The notes under the pieces were generated by a model. The model was not told the origin of the DNA and made no database searches. It worked only from the letters and a program-made list of their open reading frames with translations. The position numbers were made by a program, and so were the translations under genes. Below, piece by piece: positions 16,615 through 24,547 of a DNA stretch of 32,000 bases (within the stretch, counting starts at the first letter, position 1; the number at the start of each line of letters is the position of its first letter). The stretch covers positions 120,001 through 152,000 of the forward strand of contig NC_013964.1 of assembly GCF_000025685.1 (NCBI RefSeq), in the 5' to 3' direction. Source of the stretch: Haloferax volcanii DS2. GTDB taxonomy: Archaea > Halobacteriota > Halobacteria > Halobacteriales > Haloferacaceae.

Positions 16615-18201
16615 TTGCTCGCCGGCTGTACGTCCGACTCCGGGTCCGAAACGACGAGCGAGGGCGACGGCGGTGGCGGCGAAACGACCGCGGGCGGCGC
16701 GACCGAGACGGCCGCCGGCGGTTCCGACGCGACGATAAACATCGGCCAGGCGCTGAACCCCGTCCGATTCGACCCGATAACGCAGCTTTCGAACCCCGAC
16801 GCGCTCGTCGCGAACCGGGTGTTCAGTCAGCTGTACACCTACGGCGAGGGGACGGACGTGGTCCCGAACCTGGCGACAAGCATGCCGACCATCGAGCGGG
16901 ACAACACCCGATACATCGTCGAAATCGTCGACAACGCGATGTTCCACAACGGCGACCCGGTCACCGCCGAGGACGTGGCCTACTCGTTCCGCACGCCCAT
17001 CGAGGAGGAGACGCCCCTCCTGGGCATCTTCAGCGTCATCGACACCGTCGAGGCAATCGGCGAGACGACCGTCCAGTTCGACCTCTCGAACCCCTACGCG
17101 ATGTTCCAGCACGTCCTCACCCATCAGGTCGTGCCGGAGGCCGTCCGCGAGGAGGACAAAGAGGCGTTCAGTACCCAACGGCCCATCGGCTCGGGACCGT
17201 TCAAGTTCGTCGAGTGGGAAGAGAGCAACTACGTCACGCTCGAACGCTGGGACGACTACTGGGGCGACGAACTACCCGACGTCGCGGGCGTCGAGTTCAC
17301 CCCTATCACGGAGTCGACGACGCGCGTCACCAACCTCCGGACGGGCGACGTGGACGTTGTCGAGACGATTCCGCCCCGACTTTGGGAGACCGTCGAGAGC
17401 ACCGAAGACACGAGCATCTCCGAAATCGAGAGCGTCGGGTACTTCTACGTCGCGTTCAACTGCAACGAGGGCCCGACCGCCGACAAGCGCGTCCGCGAGG
17501 CCATCGACTACAGCTTCTCGATGGACGACGCGGTCGACCGCTACATCGACCCGGCCGGACTCCGCCAGTACGGCCCGCTTCCGGGGCAGATGGTCGAAGA
17601 GTGGGACATGCCGCTCGAAGAGTGGATGGAGATTCCGAACGACAAAGACGTCGAGCAGGCGACGGCGCTGTTCGAGGAGGCGGGCGTCCCCGCCGACTGG
17701 GACGCGAAGATTATCGTCCCGCCGGACGACAACCGCGAGAACATCGGCCTCTCCATCGCCAACGGCATCAAGGAGGCCGGCTACGAGGCCCACGTCGAAC
17801 GGCTCGACTGGGGCGCGATGCTCAGCCGCGCGTACACCGGCAACGCCTCGGACTACAACATCTACGTCCTCGGGTGGGTCCGCTACCCCGAACCCGACGA
17901 CTTCATCTACAACCTGTTCCACGAGGACTCGGAGGGCGTGAACCAGGGCGTCTACTACAAGAACGACGAGGTGATGGAGCAGATTCAGGGCGCGCGGGAG
18001 TCGACCGACCGCGACGAGCGCCAACAGCTCTACCAGTCGGCCATCTCGACGCTCCTGGAGGAGAAGGTCCACCTCCCGGCGTTCAACTACAAGAACTCCT
18101 ACGGCGTGAAGTCCACCGTCAGCGACTTTCAGGTCCACCCGGTCTCGCCGCAGAACCCGCGGCTCCTCACCGGCTACAACAACGTCTCCGTCGACAGATG
18201 A
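16615..18201 (+). CDS. ABC transporter substrate-binding protein, family 5 (peptide/nickel, DppA/OppA type); start-codon problem
   Basis: 528-aa ORF from TTG 16615, with an acidic T/G/E-rich linker after LAGC. The in-frame sequence upstream (16564-16614) encodes SVSRRDILKTTGASIPVL, a Tat/lipobox signal, but has no start codon. See findings. Confidence 0.8.
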   Translation: MLAGCTSDSGSETTSEGDGGGGETTAGGATETAAGGSDATINIGQALNPVRFDPITQLSNPDALVANRVFSQLYTYGEGTDVVPNLATSMPTIERDNTRYIVEIVDNAMFHNGDPVTAEDVAYSFRTPIEEETPLLGIFSVIDTVEAIGETTVQFDLSNPYAMFQHVLTHQVVPEAVREEDKEAFSTQRPIGSGPFKFVEWEESNYVTLERWDDYWGDELPDVAGVEFTPITESTTRVTNLRTGDVDVVETIPPRLWETVESTEDTSISEIESVGYFYVAFNCNEGPTADKRVREAIDYSFSMDDAVDRYIDPAGLRQYGPLPGQMVEEWDMPLEEWMEIPNDKDVEQATALFEEAGVPADWDAKIIVPPDDNRENIGLSIANGIKEAGYEAHVERLDWGAMLSRAYTGNASDYNIYVLGWVRYPEPDDFIYNLFHEDSEGVNQGVYYKNDEVMEQIQGARESTDRDERQQLYQSAISTLLEEKVHLPAFNYKNSYGVKSTVSDFQVHPVSPQNPRLLTGYNNVSVDR

Positions 18202-18230
18202 CGGTACCCTGTCGGTAACAGTTACCAAAC

Positions 18231-18238
18231 GTTATATG
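18231..18238 (+). promoter_or_regulatory. TATA box (GTTATATG) for the DppB-type gene, preceded by palindrome GGTAAC-A-GTTACC (18214-18226)
   Basis: Centred about 28 bp upstream of ATG 18262. Confidence 0.45.
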
Positions 18239-18261
18239 CTCACTCCCCATCCACTCCACTC

Positions 18262-19269
18262 ATGACGACAACCGGTTACATCGGACGACGATTACTCTAA
18301 ATCGTTCCGGTCTTGCTGTTCGTCGTTACGGTCACGTTCGTCCTCATCAACTCGATACCCGGCGACCCGGTTCGCATCTTGGTCGGGCCGAGCGCCGACG
18401 CGGCGGCCATCGAGGCCGCCCGCGCGAGATACGGCCTCGACCAACCGCTGTACATCAGGTACGTCAGGTACGTCGCGGCCGTCGCCACGGGCGACTTCGG
18501 GACGAGCATCCACTACGGTGGAGTCGCGGTGACGGTGAAAATCTTCGAGCGGCTTCCGGTAACGCCGCTGCTCCTCGCGTCGAGTTTCACCCTCGCAATC
18601 GGCTCCGCGATTCCGCTGGGCATCTTCGCCGCCAAGAACCGTAACAACGGCTACGACCACCTCGCCCGTATCACGTCGCTTATCGGCGTCAGCACGCCGA
18701 GCTTCTGGGTCGGCCTGCTTCTCATCATCGTGTTCGCGTACTACGGCGACCTCCTGCCGCCGAGCGGACTCGTCATGCCGTGGGCCGACCCCGCGTCGGT
18801 CGAGGGGGCGGCGTCGAGACTGGACGTGCTCGCGACCGCCGCGTCGCATCTGATTCTCCCCTCTATCACGCTGGGGACGCTTCAGATGGCGGCCATCACG
18901 CGCATCGAGCGGTCGTCGATGCTCGAAGTGCTCAACAAGGACTACGTCCAGCTCGCTCGCGCGTACGGCGTCTCCGAGCGGACGATTCTCCGCAAACAGG
19001 CGTTCAGGAACGCGCAACTGCCGGTGCTCACGGTCATCGGCATCCAGATGACGACCGCCCTCGGCGGCGCGGTGCTGACCGAGACGGTCTTCAACATCAA
19101 CGGGATGGGGAACCTCATCATCACCGCGGTCCGGGCGCAGGACTACCAGCTCATCATGGGCACGACGATATTCTTCGCCATCGTGTTCGTCCTCGGCGTG
19201 CTCGTCGTGGACGTGCTGTACGCGGTCATCGACCCGCGCATCTCCTACGGGGGTGGTGCCGGTGAGTGA
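18262..19269 (+). pseudogene. DppB/OppB-type ABC permease interrupted by an in-frame TAA at codon 13
   Basis: ATG 18262 gives MTTTGYIGRRLL, then TAA (18298-18300), then in frame IVPVLLFVVTVTFVLINSIPGDP... This is the canonical DppB N-terminus. The ORF track restarts at TTG 18313. The rest of the gene is intact. Confidence 0.7.
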
Positions 19270-20242
19270 TTCGACGGCCGCCGCCGGCGACTCGGCCCGC
19301 ACGGGCGGCGTCGCGGACGCCGACGAGCGCTCCGCCGTCTCGCGCACCTCGCAGGTGCTTCGACAGCTCAAGCGCAACTCGGCGTCGCGCGTCGGTCTCT
19401 ACGTTATAGGGCTCGTGACGCTCGTCGCGCTGGTGACGACTATCGACGCCGACCTGTTCGACTACCAGTTCGCGGCGACGTTCTGGTACCACCCGGAGAA
19501 CGACCCGTCGGGGAGCACCATCTTGCTCCCGCCGGTCGGCATCGAAAACAGCTTCGGGACGGGGACGTGGGCGCATCCGCTCGGGACGGACCACCGCGGC
19601 CGCGACGTACTCGTCAGGCTGGTGTACGGCACCCGCATCGCCGTTCAGGTGGGTCTCATCGCGACGGGCATCGGGATGACCATCGGGACGGTCGTCGGCG
19701 CGGTCTCCGGCTACTACGGCGGCTGGGTCGACGACGTGCTCCAGCGGTTCGTCGAATCGCTGTACGCGATTCCGTTCCTCATCCTCGTCATCGCAATCAT
19801 GTCCGCGTTCGGCCGCGAGCTCGGTATCGCCATCATCGGCGTCTCCATCACGACGATTCCGGTGTTCACGCGCCTGATTCGCTCGCAGGTGCTGAGCGTC
19901 CGGGAGATGGAGTACGTCGAGGCCGCGAAGGCCGCCGGCGTGCGCGACCGGCACATCATCTTCCGCCACATCATCCCCAACAGCTTCGCGCCGGTGCTCG
20001 TCCAGTCGACGCTTCAGGTCGGCGTGAACATCCTCATCGTCGCGTCGCTGTCGTTCCTCGGCTTCGGGGTCCAGCCCCCGACGCCGTCGTGGGGGCAGAT
20101 GCTCGCCCACTCGCGGCAGTACATGATCGTCAACTCGTGGTCCAGTCTCTGGCCCGGCCTCGAGGTTCTCGCGACGGTCGTCGGATTCAATCTGCTGGGC
20201 GACGGCCTGCGCGACGCAATCGACCCGCGGTCGAACGACTGA
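19253..20242 (+). CDS. DppC/OppC-type ABC permease
   Basis: 329-aa ORF overlapping the upstream stop. The start is uncertain among GTG 19253, 19256 and 19262. Typical HPLGTDHRGRDVL motif and EAA loop EYVEAAKAAGVRDRHIIFRHIIPN. Confidence 0.9.
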   Translation: MVPVSDSTAAAGDSARTGGVADADERSAVSRTSQVLRQLKRNSASRVGLYVIGLVTLVALVTTIDADLFDYQFAATFWYHPENDPSGSTILLPPVGIENSFGTGTWAHPLGTDHRGRDVLVRLVYGTRIAVQVGLIATGIGMTIGTVVGAVSGYYGGWVDDVLQRFVESLYAIPFLILVIAIMSAFGRELGIAIIGVSITTIPVFTRLIRSQVLSVREMEYVEAAKAAGVRDRHIIFRHIIPNSFAPVLVQSTLQVGVNILIVASLSFLGFGVQPPTPSWGQMLAHSRQYMIVNSWSSLWPGLEVLATVVGFNLLGDGLRDAIDPRSND

Positions 20243-20422
20243 CGATGAACGGACGACACCTCTCACCGACCGTTCGCCCCGGGGCCGGGAGTCGCCCGGC
20301 CGCCGTCAGTCGCTCGCCCGCCGAACTATCGCTCCCTCCCCGGGGCGGCGTCGGCATTCGCTCTTGCGGTTTTGCTGAGGCACCCATCTCACGCACCGAC
20401 GCCCCCCACGATTCCACGACCA

Positions 20423-21673
20423 ATGTCTGATACGCTACTCACCGTCCGCGACCTGCACACCCACTTCCGCACCGACGCGGGGACCGTTCGGGCCGTCGAC
20501 GGTATCTCGTTCGAGGTACAGCGCGGCGAAGTGCTCGGCATCGTCGGCGAAAGCGGCGCGGGAAAGAGCGTCGCGGCGCGGAGCATCATGCGCCTCATCG
20601 ACTCGCCGGGCGTCATCGTCAACGGCGAGGTCCGCTTCGAAGACGACCTGCTCGTCGGCGTCGAGCGCGGCGACGACCCCGACGGCGAGCCCCGACAGGA
20701 CCCCGAGATGCTGTCGAGCCGCGAGATACGCGAGCGCATCCGGGGCCGCGAAATCGCGATGATATTTCAGGACCCCACGGAGAGCCTCAACCCGGTGTTC
20801 ACCGTCAGCGAGCAGTTGAGCGAGATTATCGGGCTCAATCGCGACGTGTCGGCGGCCGAAGCCGAAGCCATCGCCGTCGAGCGCCTCCGCGAGGTCGGCA
20901 TCCCCGAGGCCGAACGCCGGATGGACGACTACCCCCACGAGTTCTCCGGGGGGATGCGCCAGCGCGTCCTCATCGCCATGGCGTTCGCGTGCGAACCGAG
21001 CCTCGTCATCGCCGACGAGCCGACCACCGCGCTCGACGTGACCGTCGAGGCGCAGATTCTCGACCTCGTGAAGGACCTCGCGGCGCGCTACGACACGTCG
21101 TTCGTCTGGGTCACCCACGACATGGGCGTCGTCGCCGAGATATGCGACCGCGTGGCCGTGATGTACCTCGGCGAACTGGTCGAACTCGCCGACAAGGACG
21201 ACCTGTTCGAGTCCCCGAAACACCCCTACACCCGGGCGCTCCTCTCGTCGATTCCGGTGCCCGACCCGCGGGTGTCCCGCGAGACCGTTCCGCTGTCCGG
21301 CGACGTGCCGTCGCCGATTCACCCGCCGAGCGGCTGCCGGTTCCACACCCGATGTCCGAGCCTCGTCGCCCCGGCGGAACTCGACCTCAGTGACGACGAG
21401 TGGGACCGCGTGCGCCGGTTCGTCAGAGCCGTCCAGCGCGAGTCCCCGGACGCGGCCGCTGACGACGCGCGGGCGACCTACTTCCCCGACGACCTCCCCG
21501 CCGGAGAAGCCGTCGAGCGCGCGCTCTCGCTCGCAGCCGAGGGTGCGTGGCGCGACGCCGCGTCGCTCCTGACCGAGACGTTCGTCGAGCCGAGCGTCTG
21601 CACCTCCGAGGTGCCGGCGCTGGAGTCCCCCGACGAACTCGACCGTATCGTCAGCTGCCACCACTACTCCTGA
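20423..21673 (+). CDS. DppD/OppD-type ABC ATP-binding protein with an enlarged Cys-bracketed C-terminal domain
   Basis: Start at ATG 20423 ([15 protein letters not shown]). Walker A GESGAGKS, signature FSGGMRQR, Walker [12 protein letters not shown], oligopeptide C-terminal motif [20 protein letters not shown]. Confidence 0.9.
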   Translation: MSDTLLTVRDLHTHFRTDAGTVRAVDGISFEVQRGEVLGIVGESGAGKSVAARSIMRLIDSPGVIVNGEVRFEDDLLVGVERGDDPDGEPRQDPEMLSSREIRERIRGREIAMIFQDPTESLNPVFTVSEQLSEIIGLNRDVSAAEAEAIAVERLREVGIPEAERRMDDYPHEFSGGMRQRVLIAMAFACEPSLVIADEPTTALDVTVEAQILDLVKDLAARYDTSFVWVTHDMGVVAEICDRVAVMYLGELVELADKDDLFESPKHPYTRALLSSIPVPDPRVSRETVPLSGDVPSPIHPPSGCRFHTRCPSLVAPAELDLSDDEWDRVRRFVRAVQRESPDAAADDARATYFPDDLPAGEAVERALSLAAEGAWRDAASLLTETFVEPSVCTSEVPALESPDELDRIVSCHHYS

Positions 21674-21700
21674 AAAAGCGTCGCCGTCCTTATTTCGCCC

Positions 21701-22273
21701 TCACGCCGACCGGAATCGGTCTGCGACTTCGGCCACGGTTTCGAAGACGACGCCCGGCGTGTCGGCGACGTGTTCGACGAACGATTCGAGCCGGACGAGC
21801 CGGTGTGACTGCCCGATGACCTGCGGGTGCATCGTGAGGACGAAGACGCCGTCATCGACGTTGTCGACCATCCAGTCGAACTGCTCGCGCCACTGGCGGA
21901 ACACCGATTTCTCGTTCGCGTAGCCCCGCTTGCGGTTGAAGGCGAACGCCGGGAAGTCGTCGCGTTGCCACGAGACGGGTACCTCGACGATGTCGGTCTC
22001 GGTGCCGCGCTCGAAGGGGGCGTCGGCGGGCGCGGCCCACCCCTCCCGAACGCGGTACGGCTCGAAGTCGGTCGCCATCTGGCTGGAGTCCCACTCGAAG
22101 CCGAGTTCGTCGAGGATGCCGAGCGTGTGGGTCGAGAAGTCCCACGATGGCGAGCGGTAGCCGGTCGGCCGCCGCTCCGTGAGGTCCACGATGCTCTCGA
22201 CGCCGAACTCGTCCAAGCGGTCGAGGACGCGGGGTGCGCCCACGTCGACGCCGAACAGTCCTCTCGACAGTTT
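21701..22273 (-). pseudogene. PuuE/NodB-type polysaccharide-deacetylase-fold remnant (5'-truncated plus internal in-frame deletion)
   Basis: The ORF has only a GTG at 22243. The in-frame upstream peptide ..KLSRGLFGVDVGAPRVLDRLDEFGVES joins directly to IVDLTERRPTGYRSPSWDF... By eye against Pseudomonas PuuE, the first roughly 70 aa and a roughly 50-aa block holding the His motif are missing. Confidence 0.6.
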
Positions 22274-22342
22274 CGTCGGGCTGTCCGGCGGTTTCCCTGC
22301 CGCACCCGAACGCTGGCGGCCTCTCGTCTCTCGTCCCGCGAG

Positions 22343-23296
22343 CTACCGAAACGCCGGCGCGACCTCTTCGGCGAACAACTCGGCGCTCGTCGTCTCGGGG
22401 AAGTCGACGAACTCCACGACGACCTCGTCGAAGCCCATCTCGACGAACGTCGCCAGTCGCTCGCGCACCTGTTCGGGCGTGCCGACGAGCGGGAACTCGC
22501 CCTCGGCGACGTTCTCGGGCTTGAACCGCGGGAAGTGCTCGTCGAGGAGGGCGTCGAGTTCCGCCTCGTCCTCGCGTAGCAGACACCGCGCGAACCACGA
22601 GCGCTCTATCTCCTCGAACGGTCGGCCGTAGCCCTCGCAGTGGCGTTCCAGCACGTCCAGTTTGTGTTGCATCACCTCCGGCGGTCCCCAGAAGTTCCAC
22701 GAGTCGGCGTACTGAGCGGTGATTCGGAGCGTGAACGACTCGCCGCCGCCGCCGACCATGATAGGCGGGTGCGGGTCTCGGACGGGGTGGGGCCGGCACA
22801 TCGCCTCGTCGAGGGTGTAGTAGTCGCCGTCGAAGCTGACCGTCTCCTCGGTCCACAGGCGCTTGAGCAACCGAATCGACTCCTCCAGCATCCGAAGGCG
22901 AGTCGGCGCGTCCGGCCAGTCGTAGCCGTAGGCCCGCGCCTCGCTTTCCTTCCAGCCGGCGCCCATGCCGAGTTTCAGTCGGCCGTCGCTCACGGCGTCG
23001 AGCGTCGCGGCCTGCTTGGCGAGGAGCGCGGGGTTTCGGAAGTGGTTGTTCACCGTCTTCGGGTAGAGGTACACGTCCTCCGTCTCGCGGGCGATGGCGG
23101 CCAGCGTGACGAAACACTCCGTCGTGGGGCCGCTGCCGGTCATGACGTGGTCGGGGACGGCGACGCCGTCGAAGCCGAGGCCCTCCATCGCCACGGCGAA
23201 CTCCACCTGCGCGTCCCACGAAATCTCGTCGCAGAACGCCAACTGGGAGTGAACGGAGTCGCCGGCGCTGGTCGGAACGTTGACTGCGAACTGCAT
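22343..23296 (-). CDS. LLM-class (luciferase-like) flavin/F420-dependent oxidoreductase
   Basis: 317 aa. Motifs GFDGVAVPDH and NPALLAKQAATLDAVSDGRLKLGMGAGW. Full length and colinear with 6265-7293. Confidence 0.9.
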   Translation of the reverse strand: MQFAVNVPTSAGDSVHSQLAFCDEISWDAQVEFAVAMEGLGFDGVAVPDHVMTGSGPTTECFVTLAAIARETEDVYLYPKTVNNHFRNPALLAKQAATLDAVSDGRLKLGMGAGWKESEARAYGYDWPDAPTRLRMLEESIRLLKRLWTEETVSFDGDYYTLDEAMCRPHPVRDPHPPIMVGGGGESFTLRITAQYADSWNFWGPPEVMQHKLDVLERHCEGYGRPFEEIERSWFARCLLREDEAELDALLDEHFPRFKPENVAEGEFPLVGTPEQVRERLATFVEMGFDEVVVEFVDFPETTSAELFAEEVAPAFR

Positions 23297-23444
23297 ACGA
23301 ACGGCTCACGCGCGACCACGAAAACAGTTACCACTTCTCTCGCTTTCTCACTCTCACTACCTCACTCAGTTTCTCATTTCCCCACTGGTCTCCTCACTCG
23401 CCGCCACCCCAACACGTACTACAATTCGAGCCGTTCGGTATTAC

Positions 23445-23975
23445 ATGACGGACCACCAGCACGCGGCAATCGTGACCGGCGCGTCCAGCGGTATCGGACG
23501 GGCGGTCGTCGAGCGACTCCAAGCGGACTATGACTACGTCGCCTGCTTCGACATCGAGACCGGCGAGACCGACTGGGACGACGAAGGCGTCCACGAGTTC
23601 GCGGTCGACGTACGCGACCCCGACGCGGTCGCGGACGCGGTGGCGGCGGTCGAGTCGGTCGCTGACGTGGCGGCGCTCGTGAACAACGCGGGCATCTCGC
23701 GGGCCGTCTCCCTCGCGGACCTCGACCCAGACGAGTGGGACCGCGTCCTCGACGTGAACCTCAAAGGGCAGTACGTCGTCGCCCGCGCCGTCGCCCCGGG
23801 TATGGTCGAGCGCGGCGAGGGTGCCATCGTCAACGTGTCGAGCGTCGCCGACCTCCCGCTCGAACGCATCGGAACGCCCGAGGAAGTCGCTGACGTGGTC
23901 GCGTTCCTCTGCGACGGCGCGAGCTACGTGACGGGGACGGTGCTGACGGTCGACGGCGGGTCGATGCTCCGGTGA
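23445..23975 (+). pseudogene. SDR remnant (ORF intact, catalytic YxxxK region deleted in frame)
   Basis: 176 aa from ATG 23445. TGASSGIGRA, NNAG and IVNVSSVA are present. The sequence then jumps to DLPLERIGTPEEVADVVAFL..TVDGG. The roughly 70 aa that hold YxxxK and the PG motif in the SDR at 9270-10067 are absent. Confidence 0.65.
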
Positions 23976-24246
23976 CCGAGGCCGCCGGTCGCCGGACGCC
24001 GAGCGAACAGCCAGTACCCGCGAACTGACCGAGACATACTAAATCCAAAGATAATATTGTAATTTGATAGTTCGACGCCTAATCTCTCGTATTCTCCGAC
24101 CAGCACTGTCTCGGCGCTGCTCACTCGGCCGTCTCCGGACCAGCCAGCGCGTCTATGACGAAAACGGCTAGTACAGCGCCTTCAACCGACTTGTAGCGCC
24201 GTCACAACTCGATGACGAACTCGGCACCGAGCTGCGTCACCGAATT

Positions 24247-24312
24247 GGCGCGCGTCGGCGCGCGTCGGCGTGTCTCTGTGCGTGCCGGTGCGTTCCGGTA
24301 CGTGCCGGTGCG
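24247..24312. repeat. Short tandem/direct repeats in a non-coding spacer
   Basis: GGCGCGCGTC occurs twice in tandem (24247-24266, plus a partial GGCG). CGTGCCGGTGCG occurs twice at 20-bp spacing (24281-24292 and 24301-24312). Confidence 0.6.
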
Positions 24313-24547
24313 ACTGACCGCTTGAAGTTTGACCGTTGTCTCCTGAACCGCCTCCGTTCGCGGCCGCGTGGTCGGTGTCACTACCGGTCGAGTCGTCGTT
24401 CTCGATTTCGTATTTTCATCTGATATTTTAGTGAACAGAGAAAATATCGACAAAACAATATTTTTAGCATCCGCGTTCGTCCCGCACCGTCGAGTCTTTC
24501 AAAACATATTACGTCACCGCCGGTGTACCGGACGCTCGGGCACAACC

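Noticed and set aside
22244-22345. Possible stop-codon read-through fusion of the LLM protein with the downstream deacetylase fragment (same frame, separated only by TAG)
   Set aside because: The 24 codons after the TAG (LAGRETRGRQRSGAAGKPPDSPTK) are basic and low-complexity with no homology. A shared frame has a 1-in-3 chance of occurring, and a relic junction is the simpler explanation.
21852-23309. 485-aa minus-strand ORF overlapping the LLM gene in another frame
   Set aside because: The product is Arg/Pro/Gly-rich junk. The LLM frame (22343-23296) has clear family motifs.
24247-24312. Short direct repeats considered as a mini CRISPR array
   Set aside because: The repeat units are only 10-12 bp, with two copies each and spacing of 0-8 bp. 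This is nothing like 24-37-bp CRISPR repeats with about 35-bp spacers, and there are no cas genes.
24202-24453. 83-aa minus-strand ORF as a real small protein
   Set aside because: The Thr/Arg/Pro-rich composition is incompatible with the acidic proteome. The ORF spans tandem DNA repeats. It is more likely spacer or relic DNA, as described in the corresponding finding.
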